Of a stretch of 47,018 bases of DNA, positions 33,956 through 44,331 are shown piece by piece (the first letter of the stretch is position 1; each line of letters starts with the position of its first letter). The position numbers and the translations under genes were made by a program. Origin of the DNA: a virus (Duplodnaviria; Caudoviricetes); the IMG/VR virus record IMGVR_UViG_3300017700_000722, positions 1-47,018 of that record; one strand, 5' to 3'. The notes below the pieces were generated by a model. It searched no databases. It worked only from the letters and a program-made list of their open reading frames with translations, and had not been told where the DNA came from.

Positions 33956-35317
33956 TCAAACTCCAATGTCGAAGATGAATGCTGCGCGGTGAATCGCCCC
34001 CGCGAGTCGACCTCGACCCTTGATCCCGGAGAGCGTGCGGGCTGCGCGTTGCGCCGCCGTGGTTTTGGAAAGCAGCGGCGCGGTAACCGTCGGAGGCTCG
34101 CCGTTTTCGTCCACGGGGGCGAGCACGCCTTGAGTGACGGCGAGGTTGAAAATCGCTTGCGCGATCCCCGTGATAATGTCGATGCCCGCTTGGGTAAACG
34201 GGATCTTCTTTGCGTTGAGCTGCGCGGCGAAGATCGCTTCCTGAACGCGAGCCGCCAGCCAATCGAGGTTGACGGTCGTATCGAACCAATCGCCGTCACC
34301 TACCTTACCCTCGAACACGATGTTTACGGAATTCAGGGTCGTATAGGTCGAGCCCCGCTTCCCGTTGATCGCGTTCGCTTGCGCACTCGTGAGGGCGTCG
34401 GGCTCGATGCCAGCGAGGATCTTGTAGGCGGGCGAGGCGCTACCCTCGGGCACGTTGAGCGCGAAGAACTTCGCCAGGAACGCGAGATCCCGGTAATCCT
34501 GAATCGAGCGCTGAGCATAGATGATGTGTGTTCGGGTTCGCGCCGCTGCCACGTTGTCGGAGAAAACATCCGTGGTCGTGGCCACATCGCAGCTCAGCGA
34601 ATCGGAGTTGCGCGCGGAGAAAACCATTTTCTGAGCTTCGACCCACGCGGCGGCGGCGTTGCACTCCGCCTCGCCGCAAGAGTCGAGCGTAAACCCGTAG
34701 GCGTCGATCAGCCCGCGGGAGGCCTCGAGAGCGAGCTTGATCTCGGCGAGGTCGGTTGCGATCCCGGGGTCGGCGGTCGTAACCTCGACCTTCATATCCG
34801 ACGGGCTCGGGAGCTCGTAGTATTCGATCAGCACGCCCGCCGTGCTGGTGTTCGTCACGGATCCCGTAGCGCTCGCGGAAACCATTCCGGAGATCGGGTC
34901 GAGGTCGACTTGCAGCCCGTCGGAAATGTCGGCGGCATCGTCGCCAGTCTGCACCGTGTAGGAGATCACGGTTTCGGTACCCGCGGCGTCGCGTGCCTTG
35001 AACGCGTACACGAAACCCACAGTGAGATTCAGCGGGGTAAATTTCACGACTTGCGTGAACGGGAGGAACCGCGAACCCACGACCAACTTTTCCGGTCGAG
35101 GGCTTTGCGAGAAGCACGCAACCGCCGCCTTGTAAATCGGGTGATTCACGGTGTAGCCCGCCGAGATTACCTCGGAGGTTTCCGCAAACTCTTGCAAGCG
35201 GATTCCGGGTTTGACCGTCTGATAACAGACGAACATGGGGATCCCGAAAGCCTTTTGCGCCGGGAAAACGTTTTGCTTGTTGATCGTGACGGAAGCGACT
35301 TGCGAGAGCGTGGGCAT
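33956..35317 (-). CDS. Tail sheath protein (DUF3383-like)
   Basis: FGIP, YKAA...FSQSP.P, K.LAG, DWL, KIPFT..G, LAGAIH. Confidence 0.9.
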   Translation of the reverse strand: MPTLSQVASVTINKQNVFPAQKAFGIPMFVCYQTVKPGIRLQEFAETSEVISAGYTVNHPIYKAAVACFSQSPRPEKLVVGSRFLPFTQVVKFTPLNLTVGFVYAFKARDAAGTETVISYTVQTGDDAADISDGLQVDLDPISGMVSASATGSVTNTSTAGVLIEYYELPSPSDMKVEVTTADPGIATDLAEIKLALEASRGLIDAYGFTLDSCGEAECNAAAAWVEAQKMVFSARNSDSLSCDVATTTDVFSDNVAAARTRTHIIYAQRSIQDYRDLAFLAKFFALNVPEGSASPAYKILAGIEPDALTSAQANAINGKRGSTYTTLNSVNIVFEGKVGDGDWFDTTVNLDWLAARVQEAIFAAQLNAKKIPFTQAGIDIITGIAQAIFNLAVTQGVLAPVDENGEPPTVTAPLLSKTTAAQRAARTLSGIKGRGRLAGAIHRAAFIFDIGV

Positions 35318-35826
35318 TACGGTTTCTCCGGATGGTTGGAAAGATCCTCGAACGAGGGCACGCACCCGCGCACCTGCGCCGCGAGAAGGATCGAGATTGC
35401 GACGGCGGCGGGCCCGAGCAGCTTGTAGACCGCGCCGAAAATTCGCAGCACGATTTCCCCGCGAACCTTCGCCTTGATCTTTCGGGTCTCGGCGTCTGAG
35501 AAACTTGCGCGGGCGTCGAGCGAAATCTTTTCCGCTAGAGCCTTCTCGGCTGCGCTCGCGTAGGTTCGGGTTCCCGCGTTGAGCTCCAATCGGAGCAACG
35601 CGCCCGTGGTTTCCTTTTGGTGTTTCTCGAGGTCGCTTCGCAGACCTTGCACGTCGGCGGCGAGAGCTCCGACAAGTTGCGCTTGCTCACGGTGTGCGTG
35701 CTCGATGGCTCCGACCACATCGCCATTTGAGCGGGCGAGCTCGAAAGCTCGATCCGCCGTGCGCACTGCAACGCTAGCGGACCGCTCCGCCAACTCCGCT
35801 TTTCGTTCGATTACATGCAACGTCAT
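35317..35826 (-). CDS. Coiled-coil protein with C-terminal membrane segment
   Basis: Heptad-like region followed by hydrophobic LLGPAAVAISILLAA; coupled to both neighbours. Confidence 0.65.
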   Translation of the reverse strand: MTLHVIERKAELAERSASVAVRTADRAFELARSNGDVVGAIEHAHREQAQLVGALAADVQGLRSDLEKHQKETTGALLRLELNAGTRTYASAAEKALAEKISLDARASFSDAETRKIKAKVRGEIVLRIFGAVYKLLGPAAVAISILLAAQVRGCVPSFEDLSNHPEKP

Positions 35827-36419
35827 TGCGGGACCCTCGCTCGAGTAGCGACCTCCGCCCTTTCGATCCGCGAGTATCGCGCGACCGAAGTAGCGAGGTT
35901 GTTTGCATTGAATCTGAGATCCATTACGTAAACGGATCGCACGCGGTCATCAGTGACGGAGCGGAGCGGGGTGGAAAGCCCGACCGACAAGAACCCGAGG
36001 CCTAGGGCTTTGAACGCGAGCACGTTTTCCGTGAGCTCCAAACACCCGCGAAGGGCCTCCGCGTAGGTTTCCGCCTCCGTGCCTGGCGTGTGCGCGTCGC
36101 ACTCGAATCGAATGCGGAGCGTGAGCCCGACGACGGTAGTAGCCTGCTCTTTCAATGGCGCGACCTCGCCGCCCCACGGCGATTCACCCGCCGCCCATTC
36201 GGTCGCCTCGACCTCGAGATCCTCAACGTCGGCGGTTCCGATCGTCTCGTAAGTGAGGGGCTGAACAATGAGCCAGGCAGGCGCGCCAAAGGGTCGTTTC
36301 TGATCTTCCCAGATCGCGGCGGGCGCGGCGCGGTCGGAGTCGGCGGCGAGCTCGGGAAGGCCCGCCATGGTGGCAAGCAAGGCGAGCAGCGGCACTTTGA
36401 TTGACGCGAACGAGATCAT
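35823..36419 (-). CDS. Neck / tail terminator protein
   Basis: Position before the sheath gene; beta-rich C-terminus (R...DLRFN). Confidence 0.65.
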   Translation of the reverse strand: MISFASIKVPLLALLATMAGLPELAADSDRAAPAAIWEDQKRPFGAPAWLIVQPLTYETIGTADVEDLEVEATEWAAGESPWGGEVAPLKEQATTVVGLTLRIRFECDAHTPGTEAETYAEALRGCLELTENVLAFKALGLGFLSVGLSTPLRSVTDDRVRSVYVMDLRFNANNLATSVARYSRIERAEVATRARVPQ

Positions 36420-36868
36420 TTGCCTGCTACTACCTTTCCGCGGATTGCCGCTTTCGTCTGCCCCGTATCAACCCAAGGGACCGTCGAGCCCTTGCGATCC
36501 ATCGTGCTCTGCTTGTTGGGTGCGGTGCTGGCGGTAGCGGCTTGGATCTCGCCCGCCCATACCTGCGCCAATTGGTCGATCGCCTGCGCCGGGTTCTTGC
36601 CTGCCTTGAGGGCGGCGGCGTATCGGTCGCGAATCGCTCGAGGTGCCTCCGTTGCCATGCGATCCCCGAAAGCCGTAATCGCGGGGCGGGGCACTTGGTT
36701 GGAGGTTCCGAATTCGAGATCCTCCGCGTTCTGTGCAACGGTCCGCCCACCCTCGCCCTGCGCGGCGCCTTCCTCCGCGTGGATTCCGAGAGTGACGGAA
36801 AGGTTTTTCGCCGCGTTGATCGTCGCGATCAACTTGTCGTAACCGTTGTCTTTGGTCGTCACAGGCAC
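36416..36868 (-). CDS. Neck / virion morphogenesis protein
   Basis: LGI, EFGT..VPRP, PN..ST..RKGS..P.VDTG. Confidence 0.8.
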   Translation of the reverse strand: MPVTTKDNGYDKLIATINAAKNLSVTLGIHAEEGAAQGEGGRTVAQNAEDLEFGTSNQVPRPAITAFGDRMATEAPRAIRDRYAAALKAGKNPAQAIDQLAQVWAGEIQAATASTAPNKQSTMDRKGSTVPWVDTGQTKAAIRGKVVAGK

Positions 36869-37155
36869 GTGACGCCCTTAGGGAAGATGCGAATTCCGCA
36901 AGCGCACGTAGCCTGCAACTCCAAAAGGGGCGCGTCGTAAACGGTTTTCCCCTCTTTCGATACGAGCTTCGCGTTGACGCCCCACGGGCTAAGCGCGAGC
37001 TTGCGCGCAGTGATCAGCCCGTGAGCCTCGTTCGCGTGATCGCCGTATTCCTCGCCGACGCAAGCCGCCGCTTCCGCGAGCTTCGCGTCGATTAGGGAAT
37101 TGTCCGCGGAGCGAAACTCCGCGTAGCCCTCGAGGAATACGGCGCGGGTGAGCAC
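36859..37155 (-). CDS. Head-tail adaptor (DUF4054-like)
   Basis: F...Y.EF...D...I...L..A...GL.TA..L; follows the capsid gene. Confidence 0.75.
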   Translation of the reverse strand: MLTRAVFLEGYAEFRSADNSLIDAKLAEAAACVGEEYGDHANEAHGLITARKLALSPWGVNAKLVSKEGKTVYDAPLLELQATCACGIRIFPKGVTCL

Positions 37156-37156
37156 A

Positions 37157-38197
37157 TCAGTCCCGCATTCCGTCGAGGTATTCGATCCCCATCGGTTCCT
37201 CGATGACGACGCCGCCGAACCGGGCGTAACCGGGAACCTTGATCAGCATCCCATCCGCTTGCGGCGAAAGGGCCTGATAGTCGACGGGGCACACCAAGCG
37301 GCACACCTCGAGATTCGGATCGTAGGCGATCCAGCGCGGACCGTCGGAGCCCGCGTCGGCGAGCGCGCAACGATTCCACGAGACAACCTCCGTGACCGTC
37401 GGGTGATTCTGCAAGAACACTTGCAGCACCGTATCCGGGTACTGATCCGAGTAGCGCTTGGTGCGCGCATTGAAGTGCGAGGCGGGGTCGAGCACGAGCC
37501 GCTTTGCAGTCCACGCGCCATCGGAGCGGAGCTCGACGGAGTTTGCGAACTTGTTGAGATCGTCGACCATGGTGGGGCCCGTGGCAGTGTCGCCCCAATT
37601 GCCGGTGTAGCCATCGCCCACGACTTGCAGGTGTACGCCGTACTTTTCCTCGCCCTTGAGCAAGCCGCCGATACCGCGGGTTGCGTCGCCGAAAGCGCCC
37701 CATCGATCGATGAAACGCTCGACGGCGCGGCGAGCCTTGAGGGCGTCGGCGCTCGCGAGAGGGTGACCGATCGCAGCCGCCATCATCAGATCGACGACGG
37801 AGTATTGATGGTTGATCTCGATCTCGCGAATGAGCGTGGATTCCTCTTGAATGAATCCCGACACGTTGCCCGCGTCGTCGGCGCCTTGATCGCCCATCCA
37901 TTTCGCTTCGCCCGATTCCTGCTCACGCCGCCAGGTGAAAGACTTCGCGTAGGCGGGCACGCTCGTATCCAGGGGAACGAGCTTGCGGAGCATGAGCTCG
38001 GGGAATCGCGTCTGAACGATCTGTGCCTGAACGTGCTCGAGTTGGCGGGTGACCGCCATCGTCTCGCCCGCGTCGACACGCTTCCCGAGCTTTCGACCGG
38101 GGATGTTGAGCGCATCGAGGTTGATCGTCGAAAGGATCGCGCCGACGGCGGCGAGGTTGGAGGGGTTGCAGCGGTAGTTTTTCGGAAGGATCAGCAT
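37157..38197 (-). CDS. Major capsid protein (DUF2184 / encapsulin-like HK97 fold)
   Basis: RQLE, YS..DL..A, FGD...I.GLL, R.GGV....P..I.Y.DG. Confidence 0.9.
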   Translation of the reverse strand: MLILPKNYRCNPSNLAAVGAILSTINLDALNIPGRKLGKRVDAGETMAVTRQLEHVQAQIVQTRFPELMLRKLVPLDTSVPAYAKSFTWRREQESGEAKWMGDQGADDAGNVSGFIQEESTLIREIEINHQYSVVDLMMAAAIGHPLASADALKARRAVERFIDRWGAFGDATRGIGGLLKGEEKYGVHLQVVGDGYTGNWGDTATGPTMVDDLNKFANSVELRSDGAWTAKRLVLDPASHFNARTKRYSDQYPDTVLQVFLQNHPTVTEVVSWNRCALADAGSDGPRWIAYDPNLEVCRLVCPVDYQALSPQADGMLIKVPGYARFGGVVIEEPMGIEYLDGMRD

Positions 38198-38203
38198 TTT
38201 GGA

Positions 38204-38986
38204 TCAGCCTCGCAGCACGCCGTGAAGGGTTCCCGCGGCGTCCACATCCGCGGCGTTGGCAGCGGTGAACACGCGAATCGTGATAGAGCCCGTGCCAGGC
38301 TCACCCGCCACGTTGTCGGCGATCGTGTGAGCCAGGTACGCGGCGTTGGTCGTGGTCGCGAGAGCCTCCGAAAGGTCGAACGTCGCTTTGCTGTCGGCGG
38401 TCACGCGAAGGCCCGTGTTGATGGTGCAGACGCCCGCGACGATGTTCCCCGTGAATGACTGCTCAGCGGCGCTTTGCTGCCCCGCCTTGATCGCATCCCC
38501 GAGTTGCACCTCCGCAATGTCGGCGCCCGTGGTTTCGAGCTTGCCGGTAAACGAGACGCCAGGCACGAGCACATAGCCCGCGGCGGCGGTCGGGGAAACC
38601 ATGCCGCGATCGGCGGCGGTTCCGCCGACATACATGTAGACCGCGCCGCCCGCGACGGGCGAACCGGTTTTCAGCGCCATCCAGATCCGACCCTCACGCG
38701 CCAGGGAGAGCACATCCCCGATCGCGTATTGAGTGCCATCGGCGGCGGGAAGCGGCGGCTTGAACCGGTTGTAAACCGAGACGCCGAGCACCGTTGAGAC
38801 GTCGGAGGCGGCGTCGGGCGGCTCGCAGGTTTCGGAGTTGCCGACCACGAAACGACCGGGTTTGATTGCCGCGACCGCGCAGGTTCGAGAGATCAGATCG
38901 CGAGGCCCGCCATCGGCAAGCATGCCCACGAGAGCCTTTACGGGATCAGCCGTAACGGCAACTTGATTCATTCCACCGTATGTCAT
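38204..38986 (-). CDS. Head decoration / cement protein with C-terminal extension
   Basis: Between the DUF2213-like gene and the capsid gene; I.PG..V, LGVS, Y..GD.....EGRIW. Confidence 0.7.
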   Translation of the reverse strand: MTYGGMNQVAVTADPVKALVGMLADGGPRDLISRTCAVAAIKPGRFVVGNSETCEPPDAASDVSTVLGVSVYNRFKPPLPAADGTQYAIGDVLSLAREGRIWMALKTGSPVAGGAVYMYVGGTAADRGMVSPTAAAGYVLVPGVSFTGKLETTGADIAEVQLGDAIKAGQQSAAEQSFTGNIVAGVCTINTGLRVTADSKATFDLSEALATTTNAAYLAHTIADNVAGEPGTGSITIRVFTAANAADVDAAGTLHGVLRG

Positions 38987-38987
38987 T

Positions 38988-40244
38988 TCACTTCGCTCCG
39001 TTGGGAAGATGGGCGCTCGCGGCGTCGAGTCGGGCTTTCGCCTGAATGCTGGCAAGCGAGCTCATGTCGCCAGCGGAATCGTTTCGAGAGTCGGAGTCGG
39101 CGCGGTCGCCACGTCGAGCGAACGTCGAGTCACCCGCAACCGGGGGCTTTTCCGTTTCCTCCGCGCCTACCTCGCCTTGAGTCACGGCGTCGGCGTCTGC
39201 CTCGACGTCGGCGGGGGCGGAGGCCTCCGCGGGATCGCCGCCAGCCATCCCGATCGCGATCTCGAGAGCTTCGCCCAACTGCTCGGGCGTCTTCCCCTCC
39301 GCGTTGTAATTGGGCAAGAGGATTTTGAGCGCGCGGGCGACCAGCGCGGAAAGATCCATCGGAGCATCTTTCTTGTCGGCGATCTCGCGCGTGAACGTGG
39401 AATCCTTCCGGCAAAGGATCCGGATCAGTAGCTCTCGCTTGTCGCGGGCGATCTTCGCCTCCGCGGCGTCGGCGCGGGCCTTCTCTTTTTCGGCCTCCGC
39501 CTTCGCATCCGTGCTCGCCTTGAGGGAGTCGGCAGCATCCTTCTTTGCCTTCGCGGCGCTGTTACGCAATGCCGCGAGGTGTTCGGGAGTGCCAACGGTG
39601 TATTCCACGCCGTCGATCGTTTCTTTCATTTGCTCCGCTCCGTTGGACTCCCCCGGGGGGTGGGTCAAATCTGACTCCCCGAGGCTATCAGCCAATCCGT
39701 CGAACCTCAAGGATTCGTTTTTATCCACCCGAAGGCGGACATTCCGCCCCGCGCGCCCCCACCCGACTTGGCCCAAAGCCAGGTGATTTCCCCTGATTCG
39801 CGTTTGCTTCCCGTCGTAAGCACCATACTCCGGGTGCACCCCTGCGCCGGGAACGTAATCAGCGTAATAGCCGCACGAGCACTCCCGCAAATCGCCCTCT
39901 TGAAACTTGCGGAGGGCCTCGCCGTCGTTGATGTGGACGCGGGCTTTTACGTAATCCCCATCGATGACGGGGGCGTCGATATGCCCAATCGCGTAATCCT
40001 TCCAAGTCTCGGGCGTTACCATATCGGGCGGATGATCGTCCGTTACGGTCGCGCCTGCGAACGAGGCGAGCGACTCCGGGCAAAACACTTCCTCGGGCAA
40101 GCGCAATTCTCGGCGCTTGCTCCCGTCGCGTAGGGTGTACTCGAACACGCCCACGCGCGTAATGTTCGCGTCCAACAACACGCCACCCGTGGGCGTGGTC
40201 GACACAAGGATCGGGCTGTAGTCGAATCGTAATACGCGTTTCAT
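38988..40244 (-). CDS. Prohead protease/scaffold (DUF2213-like)
   Basis: ITRVGVFEY, R.PEEVF.PESLASF.G..VT.DHP, E.SCGY, NHLA....GRAG. Confidence 0.9.
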   Translation of the reverse strand: MKRVLRFDYSPILVSTTPTGGVLLDANITRVGVFEYTLRDGSKRRELRLPEEVFCPESLASFAGATVTDDHPPDMVTPETWKDYAIGHIDAPVIDGDYVKARVHINDGEALRKFQEGDLRECSCGYYADYVPGAGVHPEYGAYDGKQTRIRGNHLALGQVGWGRAGRNVRLRVDKNESLRFDGLADSLGESDLTHPPGESNGAEQMKETIDGVEYTVGTPEHLAALRNSAAKAKKDAADSLKASTDAKAEAEKEKARADAAEAKIARDKRELLIRILCRKDSTFTREIADKKDAPMDLSALVARALKILLPNYNAEGKTPEQLGEALEIAIGMAGGDPAEASAPADVEADADAVTQGEVGAEETEKPPVAGDSTFARRGDRADSDSRNDSAGDMSSLASIQAKARLDAASAHLPNGAK

Positions 40245-41134
40245 TCCTCGGGACTCCAATCCGGCAAATCTTCAATGTCCGGTAATACGGGCATGGCAAT
40301 ACAGCGACACTGGTAATCTTGGCCCGGGTGATTCCGATCCCCGTTCTCGTTCGTCACGGGCGGCGCGTCCCACGATTGGATCGAGCCGTCCAAATCGAAA
40401 TGCATTCCGCGAGGCCATTTGCCGGAAGGGTTGCCGCGCACCCTCTCATCTTGCGATGTGCGCCAAAGGTATTCCCGGATCCCCGATTGCGTTTGGCGTT
40501 CCTGTGCAATGTCGGCGGCGAGCTTTAGAGTTTGGTCGCGGGCGAGCAACTCCGCCCGAGCTTGCGTAACGTCGAGGTCATCGAGGATCCGATTACGCAA
40601 AACGTCGACTTGCCAGCCGCCCGCCTCCGCCTCATCGAGGATCCCTTGCAGCTTTTGGAGCTCCGTGTTTCGGAGGCTCGTGATCTTGTCCGCGTTGATC
40701 CGTTTGAATTGCTCGACGCGATCCCCTAGTTGCGGCTGCAACCCGATTCGCTCGAGGCTGCCCCGCTGAGCTCGGAGGAAATCGATCCCGCGCATGCCCT
40801 TAGGCATGGGCCCGCGCTTGGGGCGCGCGCCGTCGATCAGGCGATAGAAATCCTCGGAGGCCTTGCTATCGACGCGGTTCGCGGCCGTCGCAATTTCCTC
40901 GACGGGCGGGCCCGCCATTTTGCGCCCGAGGTCACGGAGCTTGCCTTTCGTCCACGATGACGAATCGGAGTAGGGCAGGAACCCGCCGGGCCCGAACGCA
41001 ACCGGGTTCTTGTACCAAACATCGAGCACCTCCGCGACGATGACACCCCGCCACTGCTCGACGGTTGCCCCGTAAGCGGTCGCCAGCCTCGCCGCGATGA
41101 CGACGGGCGGAGCAACGGGTACGGGCTGCCTCAC
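40241..41134 (-). CDS. Head morphogenesis protein (SPP1 gp7 / Mu F family)
   Basis: RAELLARDQ, Y.W.TS.DERVR, H..LDG, HPG.DYQCRC. Confidence 0.9.
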   Translation of the reverse strand: MRQPVPVAPPVVIAARLATAYGATVEQWRGVIVAEVLDVWYKNPVAFGPGGFLPYSDSSSWTKGKLRDLGRKMAGPPVEEIATAANRVDSKASEDFYRLIDGARPKRGPMPKGMRGIDFLRAQRGSLERIGLQPQLGDRVEQFKRINADKITSLRNTELQKLQGILDEAEAGGWQVDVLRNRILDDLDVTQARAELLARDQTLKLAADIAQERQTQSGIREYLWRTSQDERVRGNPSGKWPRGMHFDLDGSIQSWDAPPVTNENGDRNHPGQDYQCRCIAMPVLPDIEDLPDWSPEE

Positions 41135-42756
41135 GTCTCGGAGGGCCCTTCCGTGGGGGCGGGCGGGGCAGGTTCCCCGGGCGTCGGCGGAGCGGGAGCC
41201 ACGGGCGCGGGAGGCGGCGCGTTCGGGTCGTTCCCTGCCTCCGCCGACGCAACGGCCGCGATGAGGGAAGCTTGCTTCGCCTTGAGCTCAGCGATCTTCA
41301 AATCGCCGTTCACAGGATCGAGAGGTTGGCCGTACGCCTCGAGACCCTGATTCACGGTCAAGATGGTTTCGAGCGTGGTCGCGGTAAGCGCAACCTTTTG
41401 CACCTCGACGGCGGCGGGCGGCGCAGCCTCGACGGCGGTGGGCGCAACCTCGACTGCCTCGGGAGGCGGCGGCGCTACCTTGACGTCGAGTGCCTTGAGG
41501 TCGACTTGCAGGCGCTTGCGCTTCGCACCCATGCGCGCCCGCGCGACGTCTTCCGGGGAAACAACTTGGTTGATCAAGTAAATCTGATCGGTCTCGGCGT
41601 AAGCCTTATCGATCTCCGCTTGCTCCTTTTCCGTCGGCTCCCAAAGCGAGGGGAATTCCGGAACGCAATTCGCGGGAGCTCCGAGCATGCGAAGCACCTT
41701 GACGTAGGCGGGCGCGACCTCGCGTGTCTGGTAAGACTTCACTCGGTTATACCAATTCCTCGCGTCGCCATCGCCCGTCGCGTTGAGGCCCGCGGGCGCC
41801 TGCCCCATGAGAACGGTTACCGGAATCCGCGTTACCGCCGAGAGCATGTTGATCAATCGGTCGACGCTATCGGGCACACCTGAAAAGGTCATACTGTGGC
41901 GTTCGTAGCTCTCGCCCGTCGAGGCATCCAAAAGGATCGAACGTGTGAGCCCGCGGAACATGTCGAGCATGAGCCCGCGTTGAGCGAGTCGGGCTTTGCC
42001 ACCCGGATCCATGATCTGCCCCAACAAGCCGTGTAGCTTGAACACGGATTGCGAGGCTTCATTGAGCATGTGGCCCAACGCTAGGTAACCGTCGTTCGTG
42101 CTTCGCAGCGTCTTATAGATGCGATCGTAAATCGAGTAATCCCACCCGCCGTTATTCTGGCGTTCCTGATTAGGGGTGACGACGCCGCCGAACACGAGGC
42201 AACGGGAGCGGTGAACCACGAACGGGGCTTGCCCGTTGTGTGGCGACACGCGGAACAATTCGGGCTCGTGCGCGTGAGGGGAATTCGACCTCACGCCGAC
42301 GCAATCGATTGCGAGCTCGCGGCGATCATACACGTCGACGAATTCGATTCCCGAGCCAGGCTTCCCGCGGAAGGGGGTGTCGAGCTTGCCCCCGTCGTCG
42401 ATACCCGGGATTGCGATTGCGCAACCCATGGCCCGACCGAACGAGAGCCCCGCTTGCAACTTGTCGGCAAAGCGGATTGCGTCGAGCGCTTTCCCGATTG
42501 CCTCGCCGCCGTCACCCTGAATAGCAACCGGGAGGCGTAACGCTTCCTCGGGGTAGGCGTCGGCGCAAATCCCTGCGAGCGGATCGCCTACGTAAAGCTG
42601 CGCGTCTTCCTCCGCCGACAATACGTAATCCGGGAGGAACGTAGTCGCTACTTGCGCGTCGATGCTCGTGCCAAGCCCCGAGAGAGCGTTACTCCACCCG
42701 TCGATTCTTGCCACTGCGCGCGCGATGATCGCCGCCGCTTCTCGCCGAATACCCAT
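41131..42756 (-). CDS. Portal protein (DUF1073-like)
   Basis: DGW.N..SGLG, VHRSR, IP.T.L.GQ.PAGLNATG.GD..N.Y, F.SLW. Confidence 0.9.
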   Translation of the reverse strand: MGIRREAAAIIARAVARIDGWSNALSGLGTSIDAQVATTFLPDYVLSAEEDAQLYVGDPLAGICADAYPEEALRLPVAIQGDGGEAIGKALDAIRFADKLQAGLSFGRAMGCAIAIPGIDDGGKLDTPFRGKPGSGIEFVDVYDRRELAIDCVGVRSNSPHAHEPELFRVSPHNGQAPFVVHRSRCLVFGGVVTPNQERQNNGGWDYSIYDRIYKTLRSTNDGYLALGHMLNEASQSVFKLHGLLGQIMDPGGKARLAQRGLMLDMFRGLTRSILLDASTGESYERHSMTFSGVPDSVDRLINMLSAVTRIPVTVLMGQAPAGLNATGDGDARNWYNRVKSYQTREVAPAYVKVLRMLGAPANCVPEFPSLWEPTEKEQAEIDKAYAETDQIYLINQVVSPEDVARARMGAKRKRLQVDLKALDVKVAPPPPEAVEVAPTAVEAAPPAAVEVQKVALTATTLETILTVNQGLEAYGQPLDPVNGDLKIAELKAKQASLIAAVASAEAGNDPNAPPPAPVAPAPPTPGEPAPPAPTEGPSET

Positions 42757-42796
42757 GGCACATAGTACCACGGGGGGTCACTTTTGACCCACCCCC
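42757..42796 (-). promoter_or_regulatory. Putative extended -10 leaderless promoter for the portal operon, preceded by a small hairpin
   Basis: Minus strand GGGTCA-AAAG-TGACCC followed by TG-G-TACTAT-GTGCC-ATG. Confidence 0.45.
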
Positions 42797-44331
42797 TATT
42801 TGCGAGCGTGAATCATGGCATCCATCGCAGCGGCAAACACACTGTTTACCCCGAGCTTTAGAATCGCCTGTGTGAGTTGGTCGACCTCATCGTCACGGCG
42901 CACGCGCGGGAAGCGCAGTAGCGTCGACTTGATACGAGGGAACCACGGCGCGTCACGCGGGAGGTGCACTTGACCATTTGCGAAAAGCGGCGCGCAACCC
43001 TGCGCGCGTGCGAGCTTGGAACCCAAGGGCGTAACGAGCTCGATGAGTCCAGGCATCTTCGCCGCTAGGTGGTTCTCGCACGCGGGACCGTTGGCTTTAT
43101 CCTCGATGTAGATTGCGCTCGACGGCCAAGAACCACGTTTCTCGAGAATCGTATTACACGTGTCAGTGAACGAGAGCCGCTCGTTTACGACGTCGAGTAA
43201 CCAGAAATGCGGGACGATGCGCGTCCCGTTCCGCTCTCTCTCGTAGGTCACGCACCAATGACCGCCCGCCACGTAATCCGATGACTCCGCATCCTTGAAC
43301 GCGAGATCCCAAGATTGCACCTTTTGCCCGAGCTTCGCCCGCGCCTCCGCCAGGGTGCACGAATTGTCGAGCGAGGGATCCTCGTGCTGGATCCATTCTT
43401 CTTTGAAGATCGCGCCGCCAGGCGTCGAGGGGCGTTGCTGGTATTGCGTCGCCCACACATCCGGGCCCGCGGCGTGTTCGAGCTCATCGCATTCCGCTTC
43501 GCCAAAGCGCGACGTTCCAAGCGGCTCGCCGTCGACCGTGCGCACGTCGAACCGATTGGGATTACCTTTGCAGCTAGGGCATTCGCAGGCCTCGCCCGCC
43601 TCGTAGCGCATCGGGATGCGGACATGCGTCCACACGGGCGAGCCATCCTTGTTGACCTCTTTTAGAGCGCGCCCGCTCGGATCATCCTCATGGATCCTTT
43701 GCATGATCATAACGCGAGCGAACGTCGCGGGATCGATGCGCCGGGAGGCAAAGGTATTCTTGATCGTCTCCCACGTGGAATCTAGGACGATACCCGTAAT
43801 GGCTGCGCCGCCGCTCGCGTCGCGGGGCTTGATCGGATCGTCGATTACTTGGATGTGGCAGTGACGGCCCGTGCCGCGCCCGCCGAACGACGTGTTGAAT
43901 TTCAGTCCGCCGCGGAGTGTCTTAATCTCCGACGTGTTCGGCCTCCCGACGGGAAGCATGTTGCCCCACCGCTCGCGGAACCACGGCGAAGCCCACATGT
44001 TGATCAGGCGCGTCGAGTCGCCATTGAGCAAGCTCGAATCAAAGCTCGCATACATCCAAGCCCGTTTCGGGTTGATGAAAAGCGCATCCCACGCGGGCCA
44101 ATAGATGCCCGTAATTTTGCTCTTGCCCGTTCCGGGGGGAACGTTGATCAGCACACGCTTATAGCCCTCGACGCCCCTCGAGACTTTCTCGAGCACATCG
44201 CAAAGCATCCGGATATGCCACCCGTCACAGAACGGGTTTGGATCAGTGTGGGGCCAAGCGAGCCGCACGAAATGGTAGAGCGACCTCGACGCTAGTTCGC
44301 GGTCCGCGTCTGCTAGCGTCGGGAGGCTCAT
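42796..44331 (-). CDS. terL: Terminase large subunit
   Basis: INVPPGTGKS, VIDDPIK, IMQRIHEDD, QYQQRP, SWD.AFK, IEDKANG, DDEVD. Confidence 0.95.
   Translation of the reverse strand: MSLPTLADADRELASRSLYHFVRLAWPHTDPNPFCDGWHIRMLCDVLEKVSRGVEGYKRVLINVPPGTGKSKITGIYWPAWDALFINPKRAWMYASFDSSLLNGDSTRLINMWASPWFRERWGNMLPVGRPNTSEIKTLRGGLKFNTSFGGRGTGRHCHIQVIDDPIKPRDASGGAAITGIVLDSTWETIKNTFASRRIDPATFARVMIMQRIHEDDPSGRALKEVNKDGSPVWTHVRIPMRYEAGEACECPSCKGNPNRFDVRTVDGEPLGTSRFGEAECDELEHAAGPDVWATQYQQRPSTPGGAIFKEEWIQHEDPSLDNSCTLAEARAKLGQKVQSWDLAFKDAESSDYVAGGHWCVTYERERNGTRIVPHFWLLDVVNERLSFTDTCNTILEKRGSWPSSAIYIEDKANGPACENHLAAKMPGLIELVTPLGSKLARAQGCAPLFANGQVHLPRDAPWFPRIKSTLLRFPRVRRDDEVDQLTQAILKLGVNSVFAAAMDAMIHARK

Noticed and set aside
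23134-38458. Long + strand ORFs 23134..24339, 27451..28758, 33989..35428 and 37148..38458
   Set aside because: They are antisense shadows of clear structural genes in high-GC DNA, Arg-rich and without motifs.
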